Assembly: GCF_001194135.2 (NCBI RefSeq)
Contig: NC_068983.1
Coordinates: forward strand, 2,581,879 to 2,634,556
From: Octopus bimaculoides
Lineage: Eukaryota
Reading direction: 5' to 3'
DNA length: 52,678 bases
Of this stretch, positions 35,031 to 47,150 are shown piece after piece. The notes beneath the pieces were generated by a model, which saw only the letters and a program-made list of their open reading frames with translations, did not search any database and was not told where the DNA came from. The position numbers were made by a program, and so were the translations under genes. How positions within the stretch are numbered: position 1 is the stretch's first letter; each line of letters starts with the position of its first letter.

Positions 35031-35686
35031 GTGCTCCGAAGTGGCGCAACCGTTGATGAGGCTGGTCCATAAACTTTTTTCAAGGGAGAGTAAAAATGTT
35101 TGGAATTGTTAGCATTTGAAGCTTCTTGGATTTCATCGCATCTATCATTCCACCAATTTTCCTGCATCATCTTCAGCTTCCTCTGCACTGTTGCTTTTAC
35201 AGCCTTGAAGCATGTAGCCACTGTCCTGTTTGTTGACATGTCAACATTTTGCAACATGTCAAATGCCTTTCGCTTCTCCTCTAAGATAAGATTAATTTCT
35301 TCATAATTATCGTCAAACCAATTTTGGTGCTTTTTTACAGCAAAGTCAAGAATGTTACTACAAACCTCAAATACTCTTTCATTGAATGACTTCCAGCTTC
35401 CATCACAGGACAAACCATTTATCTCACTCGCAAACTCATTCTGTACTGACGTAATCTTAAGTTTATTGATATCGAACCGTTTAGGTAACTTATCATTATT
35501 CGCTCTAACCTTAGGTTTGACAACAAAATTCACCGTGGCACGCAAAAGCTTAATATCGGCCCAGCACACTACACCACGCGTCACTCGTACGATAGCAAAG
35601 TCCCTGGCATCGCGTTTCCTAATGAGGCTGTAATCTATAAGATGCCATTTCGTAGAACTAGCATGCATCCATCCCGTTTTATACAT
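35031..35686 (-). mobile_element. RTE-clade LINE ORF2 fragment (APE endonuclease C-terminus plus linker), about 218 codons without a stop
   Basis: YKTGWMHASSTKWHLIDYSLIRKRD..RGVVCWADIKLLRA..KHQNWFDDN..NWWNDRCDEIQ..FYSPLKKVYGP matches RTE 'TWMHPRSKHWHLIDY..CWTDHRL..KHQDWFDEN..FY..LK.VYGP'. The catalytic His position reads Ile. Confidence 0.9.
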
Positions 35687-35715
35687 TCATACTTATATTT
35701 ATGGATGGATGGATG

Positions 35716-36113
35716 TTCTTTTATTCTTTTATTTGTTTCCGTCATTTGGAGCACCGCCTTCAAGGGTTTTAGTCGAACAGATCTAGCTCAGGATTTATTC
35801 TTTGTAAGTCTATTAATTATTCTATCGGTGTATTTTGCCGAACCGCTAAGTTACGGAGACATAACACACCAACATCGGTTGTCAAGCTATGACAGGGGGA
35901 CAAGCACAGACACACACACAAACACACGTGCGTACATGTATATACGACGGGCTTCTTTCAGTTTCCCTCTACCAAATCCACTCACAAGAGTGGTCGGCCC
36001 GAAGCTATAGTAGAAGACACATGGGAAAGGTGCCACGCAGTGGGACTGAACCCAGAGCCATGTGGCTGCTGGTTGCGAAACAAGCTTCTTATCATACGGA
36101 CACACGTCCGCCT
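35716..36113 (-). mobile_element. SINE family A, full length
   Basis: Reverse-complement colinear with 40415-40826. Confidence 0.9.
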
Positions 36114-36168
36114 ATATATGTATGTATGTATGTATGTATGTGTGTATGTATGTATGTATGTATGTATG

Positions 36169-36207
<39 letters not shown>

Positions 36208-36482
36208 NNNNNNNNNNNNNNNNNNNNNNNNNNNNNNNNNNNNNNNNNNNNNNNNNNNNNNNNNNNNNNNNNNNNNNNNNNNNNNNNNNNNNNNNNNNNN
36301 NNNNNNNNNNNNNNNNNNNNNNNNNNNNNNNNNNNNNNNNNNNNNNNNNNNNNNNNNNNNNNNNNNNNNNNNNNNNNNNNNNNNNNNNNNNNNNNNNNNN
36401 NNNNNNNNNNNNNNNATATATATATATATATATATATATAGACATATATATATCCATGTATATAGGCATATATATATATATA

Positions 36483-36535
<53 letters not shown>

Positions 36536-36714
36536 GTGTGTGTGTGTGTGATGGTCTCTCCCTATCAGGTTTCTGCAGTTTTTTGCTGAACAACCGCACA
36601 GATGATTTGTTTGTAGTGATTAAATATTTGTGCTGCTTGCACAAAGGATCACTGCCTCCATCAAATTGACATTACTTGTACAGGTGCAACGGGTTCCACA
36701 TGTCAGATGACGAA

Positions 36715-36836
36715 ATGATCGCAGGCCAACGTGAAATGAAACGTTTTGCTCAAGAACACAACGCAACGCTCGGTGTGGGAACCGAATCCACGATCTCGCG
36801 ATCGAGAGTGCAACACCCTGACCACAAATCCATGCA
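36715..36836 (-). mobile_element. SINE family C, diverged 5' half
   Basis: CAACGTGAAATGAAA..TTGCTCAAGAACACAACGC..GATCG..ACCAC. Confidence 0.7.
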
Positions 36837-38149
36837 GATCTATAAGGGATTTTTTTCTTTTTCTTTTATCTCGTACGAAAACCGTAGCATCTTGCCGCTC
36901 TGTGGTGTATATGCATTAAGTATGATACATAGATGGCTATTTTAACGATTGTTTTTAACTTCGAAGTGTTTTTCTTGTATTGTTTCGTAAGTTAAGCTAA
37001 CTAAATTAATGTTAGATTAAATCGCAATCGCCATACGGAACCGGGACCGGCTTCATCATATTTTTACAAGACAGTATAACATCTAACGAAGAAGATTCAG
37101 ATATTAAATTATAATCTTATTGATATATAATTGATTTACATATTGTAGGACGATGTTATTGTATTGAAAATAATTCTGTGCTATTTTAAGTACCACTAAC
37201 TCCAATATCAGCCGATTTATTCATCTTCAGAGAAGATTTCATTTTGGCACTGGAAAAGAAAAAAAATCACCTCCTGTATAGATTCCATATATTTTCAATT
37301 TTTCTTATATATCTTTTGGTCTTTGTTTTGATTGTTGTTTTGTATTTGGGGGTTGGTGGTGTGGAAGGGTCAAAGAAACCATTCGGTGCACACACATGAT
37401 TTCATCAATAAACGGAGAATGAGATTAAAGAAATTACTATTGTTAGAGCTAACTTGCCGACATCTTAACTATTCAAGCATTGAAAGTTCGTAGAACACAA
37501 TGGATTCTCAGGAAATAGATTTCACGAAGGACTCTCTACGAGAGTAAACAAAAACACAAACAACAAACCACACACCAAAATCAATGTTCGTCAATTAAAT
37601 ATCGATAAATATAATTTAACAAAAACTGATGGGAAGCCCTCATTATCTGAAATATATTTTGGTAGGGGCTTTGTTTTTGTTGTTGCTGTTGCTGCTGATA
37701 CAGAGGTCAAACCGAATTGAACAGATATAGTATAAACACCGTTATCTATAGGGAACATCAGACATATTCTTACTCAGCTCGCAGATTTAAGAATAATTAG
37801 AATATATATATATATATATATATATATANNNNNNNNNNNNNNNNNNNNNNNNNNNNNNNNNNNNNNNNNNNNNNNNNNNNNNNNNNNNNNNNNNTATTAA
37901 TGTCTGTTATTATGTCAAATTATATGTGAAAAGAATTTATTAAGTACATGAATTACTCTACTTTTTTAATAAAGTACAACGAAAAATGAGAGCGACAGTG
38001 ACTTTGAATTTTCAACTTGCTCGTCTTCGTCACACTGTATATGTTGTAGTCGTCGTCGTTGTTGTTGTTGTTGTTGTTGTTGCTGTTGTTGTTATTGCTG
38101 TTGTTTTTGTTGTTGTTGTTATCAAAGTGACAGTGGTGTACAAATATGC

Positions 38150-38398
38150 GAAGCCCAATATACCCATCGTGACTACCCGCCTGATAAGGGTGCACCAGTC
38201 ACATGCATCACAATCATAGGTGCGTGACATAGTGATCTCATATCAAGATAAACAGTGCATGGCCGTGAAGATGGGGTCCAGTCAGAATTTACTTCAGGTC
38301 GAGTAGCCCATCCTACTCAAAAGGTCCCTGAATAAGGTTTGTTTAAGGATTTTCAACAAAACACCCATGTTTCCAAAAGTGAATTATCCATACGCCAA
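38150..38398 (+). repeat. Unclassified retroposon-like fragment (family E) ending at an (ATT)n array
   Basis: GC-richer block (CAGGTCGAGTAGCCCATCC..AAAAGGTCCCTGAATAAGG) that I recall as an octopus repeat. It is single-copy in this window, so not verifiable internally. Confidence 0.35.
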
Positions 38399-38527
<129 letters not shown>

Positions 38528-38528
38528 A

Positions 38529-38738
38529 GGGCGTGAGCTGGCAGAATGGTTAGCACACCGGGCGAAATGCTTAGCGGTATTTCGTCTGCCATTACGTTTT
38601 GAGTTCAAATTCCGCTGAGGTCGACTTTGCTTTCATCCTTTCGGTTTCGATAAATTAAGTACCAGCGAAACACTGGGTTCGATGTAATCGACTGCATCCC
38701 TCCCCCGATATTGCTGGCCTTGTGCCAAATTTGAACCA
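38529..38738 (+). mobile_element. SINE family B, full length
   Basis: GAGCTGGCAGAATGGTTAGCACACCGGGCGAAATGCTTAGCGG..GAGTTCAAATTCCGC..AATTAAGTACCAG. Confidence 0.9.
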
Positions 38739-38816
38739 TAGCTATTATTATTGTTTTAATTCTCAGACGCTCGGTCTTGTTTTCCTCTAGTTGATTCTGT
38801 GAGAGTGGATATTATA

Positions 38817-39538
38817 GGATGTACTGCCAGACGGGCTTGTCCGATGTGCGCGCAGAGTGCCGAAACCGTCCTGCCCTCCCTCGTTCAATGTCCAGACAGC
38901 TGCGGTGATGTGTGGGGTGGATCCGTCTGTCCGCCCAGTCTGTAGTGTTGATAATCTCGTCGCCCTCCTTCAGTCGGGCAGGCAAGGCAGTTTTCCTTTG
39001 CCTGGTGGCTGTGGCGAAAGATGATGTTTGGTGGACAAGGTTGAAAGGCATGAGGACAGATCCATTCCTCTTTCCTAGAATTTGCATTGACTTCTTCGAG
39101 TTTCACTTGAAAAGGAAATTGAGAGTAAAAAGGGAAGTGTTGTCCTCGAGTGAGTTTATTGAAAGGTGAGTGAAAGTTGCGAAAATGGCAAGAGTGGATG
39201 GTACTTCTCTAAGAGTAGACTTGTGAGTCGGAAAGAAGGAATTAGAGAGGGCTCTTACTCTCGGGGTTTCAAGGAAATTACGGACGGTGGGGTTCCTCGA
39301 TTATCTCTAGAGGTCTTCCTGTATCAGGAGGGCCACATTTCTGTCATCCTCGTCACCACTTTGTTTTAATCTTTGTCCCTTCTTTTCTAGTGTATACCGC
39401 GTATACTTGCTTTCTTCTTTCTTTTTTATCATTTCACAGTATGTAAACCCCCAAACTTTATGTCTGTCTTTGTATTGTTCCTCTCATCTTCGCCCTTGTG
39501 ACAAATAAATGAAATCAGTATTATTATTATTATTATTA

Positions 39539-39575
<37 letters not shown>

Positions 39576-39581
39576 CATTAT
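38817..39581 (+). mobile_element. L1/Tx1-like LINE 3' end: ORF2 C-terminal zinc finger, 3' UTR, AATAAA, (TAT)n tail
   Basis: RACPMCAQSAETVLPSLVQCP..DVW (CP.C...ET..H....CP-type finger with His lost), then LVAVAKDDVWWTR..FFEFHLKRKLRV..EFIER*..; stop at 39224-39226; AATAAA at 39504-39509; (TAT)n from about 39519. Confidence 0.75.
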
Positions 39582-40113
39582 TTAAGAAGTTTCTTTTGCT
39601 TTTGTGCTCTTTATGTAAGCGTGGCAAATGCGCCTCACTTTTTTTGCATAATTGAAAAATCGTTATTATGTGTAATTAGATCTGCAAAAAAAAAACAACC
39701 CAAAACACAAAAAAAAAAAACACAGAACTAGAATGATTCAGCGAGTAAATTTGATACGGTTTCAGGGTCAGTTATCTCTGATAGAATCAGATTGAATGAT
39801 GTCGTAATATGATTAGCAATTCTATGGCAAGGTTTCCCTCCAATGGCAGCGAGTTGCGAAGTAATATGCACTAACGGCCACACACATCAATCAGACTTTA
39901 CATTTCGCTTTTTACTTCATTTATTCACAACAGAATAAACAACTTTGTTTTTTATTGTTTAATACTCTCCTCCCCCTCGTGCCCCTTCTTCCCTCCATCC
40001 CCCACCCTCTCCGCCCTTTCATGCATCTAAAAAAATTTAATGTCTCATCATTGTTCCATTTTTCTCACTCTGAGTAAATGTATATGTGCATGTGTATATA
40101 CGTTTTCATGTAG

Positions 40114-40144
<31 letters not shown>

Positions 40145-40221
40145 NNNNNNNNNNNNNNNNNNNNNNNNNNNNNNNNNNNNNNNNNNNNNNNNNNNNNNNN
40201 NNNNTATATACATACATACAT

Positions 40222-40298
<77 letters not shown>

Positions 40299-40414
40299 AC
40301 TACATATATTGGGAAGGATAGCTCCATTTATATGATAATGTGATATACAGTTCGATTAGAAGTCAATAAACCGAGAGAAATGCTGCGAGTATTCTCAAGG
40401 TTTTGCAACAATTA

Positions 40415-40826
40415 GGCGCAGGAGTGGCTGTGTCGTGAGTAGCTTGCCTACCAACCATATGGTCCCGGGTTCAGTCCCACTGCGTGGTACCTTAGAAGAG
40501 TGTCTTCTACTATAGCTTCGGGCCGACCAAAGGGGTGTGAATGGATTTGGTAGGCGGAAACTGGAAGAAGCCCGTCGTATATGTATATATGTGTGTGTAT
40601 GTGTATATGTTTGTGTGTCTGGGTTTGTCCCCCACCGAACATCACTTGACAACCGATCCGATGCTGGTGTGCTTACGTCCTCGTAACTTAGCGGTTCGGC
40701 AAAAGAAACACATACAATAAGTACTAGGCTTGCAAACAATAAGCTCTGGGGTCGATTTGCTCGACTAAAGGTGGTGCTCCAGCATGGCCGCAGTGAAATG
40801 ACTGAAACAAGTAAAAGAATAAAAGA
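40415..40826 (+). mobile_element. SINE family A, full length (best copy)
   Basis: tRNA-like head GGCGCAGGAGTGGCTGTG..GGGTTCAGTCCC, CORE-like GGTACCTT..GTGTCTT, internal microsatellite, and tail GGTGGTGCTCCAGCATGGCCGCAG..AAGTAAAAGAATAAAAGA. Confidence 0.9.
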
Positions 40827-41129
40827 GTATTTAATATTTGTACGCACTCACACACGCGCGCGTGCACACATACGCACTCACCACACACGTACATTCATAC
40901 ATACACCTACTCACACATTCACATAGATACAAATACAAACAGGATACACACACACACACTGTGACACTCAAATACGTATCTAGTCAGTTTGAACCATTCA
41001 AAGAAAGCTCCGTTATGTGGTTGACCAGCTCACTAGAAATAGCAAGCAATTCTCTCTGAAATCAAAACCAAGTCGTCTAAGCATTCTTCAGCGATCAGTT
41101 TATTCTGTCAAATGTGATGCTGATTTATT

Positions 41130-41343
41130 CTTTTCTAATCTAAGCACAATGCCCGGAAGTTTGGGGGAGGGCACCAGTCGATTAGATCAACCGCAGTACG
41201 CAACTGGTACTTAATTTATCGACCCCGAAAGAATGAGAGGCAAAGTCGACTTGGGCGGAATTTGAACTCAGAACGTAAAGACAGGCGAATTACCGCCAAG
41301 CATTTCGCCCGGCGTGCCGACGTTTCTGCCAGCTCCCCACGCC
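41130..41343 (-). mobile_element. SINE family B
   Basis: CTGGTACTTAATTTATCGACCCCGAAAG..GGCAAAGTCGAC..GCATTTCGCCCGG..CTGCCAGCTC. Confidence 0.9.
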
Positions 41344-41624
41344 TTGTGTGATGCTTATTTATTGACATTGTATTTATTGACATTGCAGCGTAGGTGTGAT
41401 GGGCCAGACCTGGCAGGTTTCAACATGGAACAATATTTGTGCCTGATGTGTCCGGTTTAAACGCCAACAGCTTATATACAAAGGAGACACACTGATACTT
41501 TAAAAAAGGCGATATTGTCATGTTTGGAGCGGCTTGATCAGCATTAGCTGGTGGTTAAATAATTCTTTTCTAATTCTTGCTCAATGCCAGCAGTTTTGAG
41601 GCGACGGATAAGTATTTGAGTGGC

Positions 41625-41755
41625 ACAACTGACAAATGTCTTATCATCCCGGAAAGGGCTGAAAGTAAAGTTGATCTTGGCGGAATTTGAGCTCAGAACG
41701 TAAAGACCCGCAAGAAATGTTACCACTTGCAACTTATTCTGACAGCTCGCCGCCA
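41625..41755 (-). mobile_element. SINE family B, diverged
   Basis: GGCGGAATTTGAGCTCAGAACGTAAAGAC..CAGCTCGCCGCC. Confidence 0.8.
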
Positions 41756-41839
41756 TCTTGTTTAAATTAGGGATCTTTGGTAATCCAACAACAGAATTAG
41801 TTTTAAAGAAATGTCAGAATATTTATAAATTTGTTAAGG

Positions 41840-41990
41840 AAGTTCGAGTGGCTGAATCAGTAGAACGCTTGGAAAAATAAATTCCTTGGAGTAATTGTTC
41901 CGGTTTTTTTTTACGTTCGGAGTTCAAATCATACTAGTGTCAATTTTGCCTTTTATCGCTTCATTGGATATTAGCTATTATTTCGTTTTC
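41840..41990 (+). mobile_element. SINE family B, highly diverged
   Basis: TTACGTTCGGAGTTCAAAT..TTTTGCCTTTTATC. Confidence 0.5.
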
Positions 41991-43123
41991 AAAAGGGCTG
42001 TATTTGGCAAAATTGGTAAAATGCCAGACAAAACGCTTAGCATTATTCAGCATTGTTTTTTTGTCTTTTTTTTAAATATTCTACGTTCACTTCGCGATCT
42101 TGACTCTGTGTCTTGTTCTTTCAATGCTGCTTAATACAATATTACATCGATTTAAGCAACTGCTTCTTTCCTCCACCCAAATAATTTCGCCTTTTCTGAA
42201 CTAAAACCAACCCAACTTTCATCGACTAATTTTCACAAAGACCGATCTCATTCTATCTTCTTTCTATTTCAGTAGTTTATTTCTGTAAAGATGCCTTATA
42301 TCCTATAAAGATAATACAGGATTAACCTAAACATCGACCCTATTTAGATATAATTGTATCCTAATTCTTAATCATTATAAAAAAAAAGTAATAGAATGAA
42401 TAATGTTACGAAAGATTTATTTATAATCAATCTTTAATCGTCAGTCTATCATCGACCCTGATCTTCTTCTTCAGAATGATAATTCCTACAGCATTATTTC
42501 GTTTAAATATTGATCATAAGATTGAGAAGAAATACAGCAAGGAGAAAATTTTTCATCATAACAACCAAAAAAATGAAGAAAATAGCAAGAAAATAAAAGA
42601 ATTTATTTGAATTCGAACGGCTTCTATTGTTGACTCGTCACCAACATTTTCATTCTTCCATTCTAAAACATCTTCTCATCATTGGCTTCAGCCTTTCATT
42701 CGTTTTTGCTCTTCGATTCCGGTTATCATATCATATCGGTCGACACAGAACTAGAATAGGAATTGATTAATTCTAAATACAGCAGTGTCTATATAATACG
42801 ATTATCGATCCATTACACATATATATGCACTGTCAAATAAACACACAGATTTTAAGCATTCTGACAGTTAGATACACCATCACAACAAATAAAACTTTTA
42901 CAAAGTCTTGGCTTTTAACTCTTATAATTTTGAAAATACCGATGTTTAGTGGAAAAACACACGTTAACGTATATAATAAATACATACACACACGCGCCTG
43001 CAAACACACACGCACAAACACACACACACAAATGTGTACGTACGTAGGTATGTGCATATACACTTACATATACATACCATCAAAGGCACATATAGATTTC
43101 ACACACACACACATACTCACACG

Positions 43124-43196
<73 letters not shown>

Positions 43197-43984
43197 ATGT
43201 ATNNNNNNNNNNNNNNNNNNNNNNNNNNNNNNNNNNNNNNNNNNNNNNNNNNNNNNNNNNNNNNNNNNNNNNNNNNNNNNNNNNNNNNNNNNNNNNNNNN
43301 NNNNNNNNNNNNNNNNNNNNNNNNNNNNNNNNNNNNNNNNNNNNNNNNNNNNNNNNNNNNNNNNNNNNNNNNNNNNNNNNNNNNNNNNNNNNNNNNNNNN
43401 NNNNNNNNNNNNNNNNNNNNNNNNNNNNNNNNNNNNNNNNNNNNNNNNNNNNNNNNNNNNNNNNNNNNNNNNNNNNNNNNNNNNNNNNNNNNNNNNNNNN
43501 NNNNNNNNNNNNNNNNNNNNNNNNNNNNNNNNNNNNNNNNNNNNNNNNNNNNNNNNNNNNNNNNNNNNNNNNNNNNNNNNNNNNNNNNNNNNNNNNNNNN
43601 NNNNNNNNNNNNNNNNNNNNNNNNNNNNNNNNNNNNNNNNNNNNNNNNNNNNNNNNNNNNNNNNNNNNNNNNNNNNNNNNNNNNNNNNNNNNNNNNNNNN
43701 NNNNNNNNNNNNNNNNNNNNNNNNNNNNNNNNNNNNNNNNNNNNNNNNNNNNNNNNNNNNNNNNNNNNNNNNNNNNNNNNNNNNNNNNNCGAAACCGTTC
43801 CGTCAGGTGACCTCGTTGTCTTCTAGAAGATGGTAGGGGTTCTCTCCCCTGCTTGCAATATATACCGCGTGTAGATTGCAGTGATAACCAACTGGGGGAG
43901 GCTGTTCGTGGGGTTAAAAACTCTAGTAACGCCGAAGAGCCATATTGATGTGGTAATAAACATCACTTCTCAGTAAAAGGTAAA

Positions 43985-44285
43985 GACCCCTTTCGGTCAT
44001 GAATGACCATGGGATTGCACCTAGAAAGTTCGCCTCCGAGGCACAAGTCCAGATAAGGTTGTTTATGGAAGATTAGCAGTTGCTGATCGATGTTATCCAA
44101 GGAAAAGGCAAAGACCGATACAGCTTGGCACCAGTCACTTCGCAACTAATTTCTACAGCTGAGTGAACTGAAGCAACTGGAAATAAAGTGTCTTGCTCAA
44201 GAACACAACAGACAGCCCGATTCGGGAATTGAACTTTTTACATCATTATTGTGAACCCGACGCTCTAACCACTGAGCCATACGAC
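43985..44285 (-). mobile_element. SINE family C, full length, tail type 2
   Basis: Same head and CORE block as 19848, but the tail (minus) reads ..CTTTCTAGGTGCAATCCCATGGTCATTCATGACCGAAAGGGGTC. Confidence 0.85.
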
Positions 44286-45290
44286 TTCTCAGTATAATTA
44301 CTACTTTCATCTCTCAGAGATTCTCTAACTAGCGGTGGTGGTGGCGGTGGCAATCTGGACAATAACTTACGAATCCTTCCTACTAAAAATATATATGAAG
44401 AGACTCACGCTTATTCTACTTTCACAAAGAACGCTGTTTTTATTTTGAGATCAAGTCACTAAACCCCTCTATCAGGAATATTGGTAGAGTCCCAAGCTCT
44501 ACCTCCCTATCTAGGAACTTAAGCTGAATTTTCAAATGTGAAATTCACTCTAAACAACAAAGAGGGTTCTTTTAAGGATTGATGACGTCATAAGCGACTC
44601 TGAAACAAAGAATCCGCTTCTCTCAGCAGCTAGTTCACCAGCAAAAACACTATACAATCAACTAATCCTTAACTCATTAGAATGCCGGTCGTTGTAAACA
44701 TTTTCTGATAAGCAGCTTATGAAATATCATTAACAATTTTGTCCTTGGCTCCTTTTCTTTGACAGACCAATGCTGAATATAAATGGTGTGGACACAGCTA
44801 AAGCTATCTTGTTGTGCAAGATTTTTACGCCATTTAAAGCGACAATGGAATTCAAAGGCTGCTACCATTACTGAGCCACATCTGACGAACTGCTTTACTT
44901 GGTCTAAATATCTTCTGTCGACCGTCGCAGCGACAGCATTTTTCGTTGGCGATAAAATAAAATATTTTTCTATTTTGCCTTCACACAGATTTTTGTTCTT
45001 CCGTCAACCAATGCTATGGACTTTAAATTAACAAAGAACGCACAGCCCGCATTTGACGAGTCTCATGCAAATATTAACATCTTAGTTTTAAAGTTTATAT
45101 ATCATTGAACAAATAAAAAAATTACACATTTAAACTAAATTCTTCTGTCCTGTCGCCTTACAATCATGGTGTCCCAAAATACGATGACTAAAGCTACATT
45201 AAATTATTCGTTTTATTCCAATTTCTCTTATCGTGTGTTGCTAAACCGGGTATATTGTTCACATGTAAAGATGGCATTCTACCAGGTTGT

Positions 45291-45326
<36 letters not shown>

Positions 45327-46058
45327 ATGTGCGTGTGTGTGTGTGTGTTTGTGTTCTAAATTATTAATACCGAAGGCCAATGTTGCCACATGTTGCGACG
45401 TTGCCCCACACAAAATGGCTGTTTAACCTTTTATATTTATTATAAAATAAAACTCGTAAATCCTGGTTCTCGTAAAGCGGGTTCTCGTAAATTGAGANNN
45501 NNNNNNNNNNNNNNNNNNNNNNNNNNNNNNNNNNNNNNNNNNNNNNNNNNNNNNNNNNNNNNNNNNNNNNNNNNNNNNNNNNNNNNNNNNNNNNNNNNNN
45601 NNNNNNNNNNNNNNNNNNNNNNNNNNNNNNNNNNNNNNNNNNNNNNNNNNNNNNNNNNNNNNNNNNNNNNNNNNNNNNNNNNNNNNNNNNNNNNNNNNNN
45701 NNNNNNNNNNNNNNNNNNNNNNNNNNNNNNNNNNNNNNNNNNNNNNNNNNNNNNNNNNNNNNNNNNNNNNNNNNNNNNNNNNNNNNNNNNNNNNNNNNNN
45801 NNNNNNNNNNNNNNNNNNNNNNNNNNNNNNNNNNNNNNNNNNNNNNNNNNNNNNNNNNNNNNNNNNNNNNNNNNNNNNNNNNNNNNNNNNNNNNNNNNNN
45901 NNNNNNNNNNNNNNNNNNNNNNNNNNNNNNNNNNNNNNNNNNNNNNNNNNNNNNNNNNNNNNNNNNNNNNNNNNNNNNNNNNNNNNNNNNNNNNNNNNNN
46001 NNNNNNNNNNNNNNNNNNNNNNNNNNNNNNNNNNNNNNNNNNNNNNNNNNNNNNNNNN

Positions 46059-46103
<45 letters not shown>

Positions 46104-46289
46104 AAATTCCCGGCCACATTGCCACTAATGGCATACGTAACTAACCATCAAATCACTCCACAAGCTTGAACCCTTTCCATTCATTCCAAAACCTTTCTGA
46201 CCATTCCATCTATTCTTTACATTTATTTTTCGTATTCTTATATTCTCGAAAATACACTACAAACCCTGCCTCATTAATCTATTCGTGAA

Positions 46290-47150
46290 CGACTAACACA
46301 CACATGACAGCCAGCATCATCTTGCCATACATATCAGGAAAATGTACATCTCATAGTACTGAACCGCTTTATGTGGTCTGGAGAGACCTCTTCTTCAATA
46401 TGGGGTGGAATCGAGTCCATTACATCGTTTCCCGCTCAACTAGGGACCAGTGCTGAAGTAAGCCGAAACGATTATTGTCCTAAATAGAGCTTCCAATACA
46501 TTCTATCTTCCGTATTAATCATTTAGAATACACTCAATGTGCACCGACGAATTCCTTGCGTTCATCCAGCAACGAAAATGCACTACTTCGGATGACATCT
46601 GGTAACCACAAGCGGTGCACGTGCTTTACAAGCACACTACAAGGCTCATTCCCATAACAAGTTTTGGATACTACACCTTAAACTCTCCTACCTAAGCTTT
46701 AATTTTCAATACAACTTATATATATATATATGTATGATGACTGTCCATTCGTGACCGAAGAAGGCATCACTGACCATTGCCCATAAAATGCTAGCAATCC
46801 TTGTCCATGAGGTCAATGCACAATAGGTCGGTTTCACCCAGGTTCGCGTACGCGGATTCCATGCTCCTGACGGCGCCCTCCTACGGGAACGGGCATCGGA
46901 TAGGTGCCTTCACCGGCGTTTGGAGAGCCTAACATTTTAGGTTCAATAAGGCTTGCACAGCACCTCACAGACCCTCTTCAGCCTATTGACATAATTCAGA
47001 GTTAAGCTGGAGCAAGATATCCGGAACGAATGTAGGCTGCAGACTCAGGAATGTGAGAGAATCCTGATCTCAAGCAAAAGATACCCAAAATGTTCAAAGC
47101 CATTCCCTGCACGTCGGGTTTTCAGAGAAATGCCTTAACAAACACTAAGG
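46290..47150 (+). mobile_element. Possible decayed Penelope-like element
   Basis: IILPYISG peptide (resembles the PLE 'LPYI.G' linker), a hammerhead-like remnant GGACCAGT-GCTGAAGTAAGCC-GAAACGATT-ATTGTCC at 46444-46480, and a stop-riddled GC-richer coding-like stretch. Weak. Confidence 0.3.

Noticed and set aside
34355-35686. 443-aa ORF as a single protein
   Set aside because: Only 35031-35686 is LINE-derived; the rest is microsatellite, N gap and unrelated sequence.
43790-43810. C-GAAAC-CGTTCC-GTC, a possible 3' half of a hammerhead
   Set aside because: The 5' half would lie in the N gap, so it cannot be evaluated.
44700-44960. KIFTPFKATMEFKG resembling hAT transposase 'L.PF..AT..LEG', and an acceptor at 44766
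   Set aside because: A single short motif, with stops in all frames after the acceptor; insufficient.
45441-45497. Possible pogo-type TIR start with GGTTCTCGTAAA subrepeats
   Set aside because: It runs into a gap, so no matching right end is visible.
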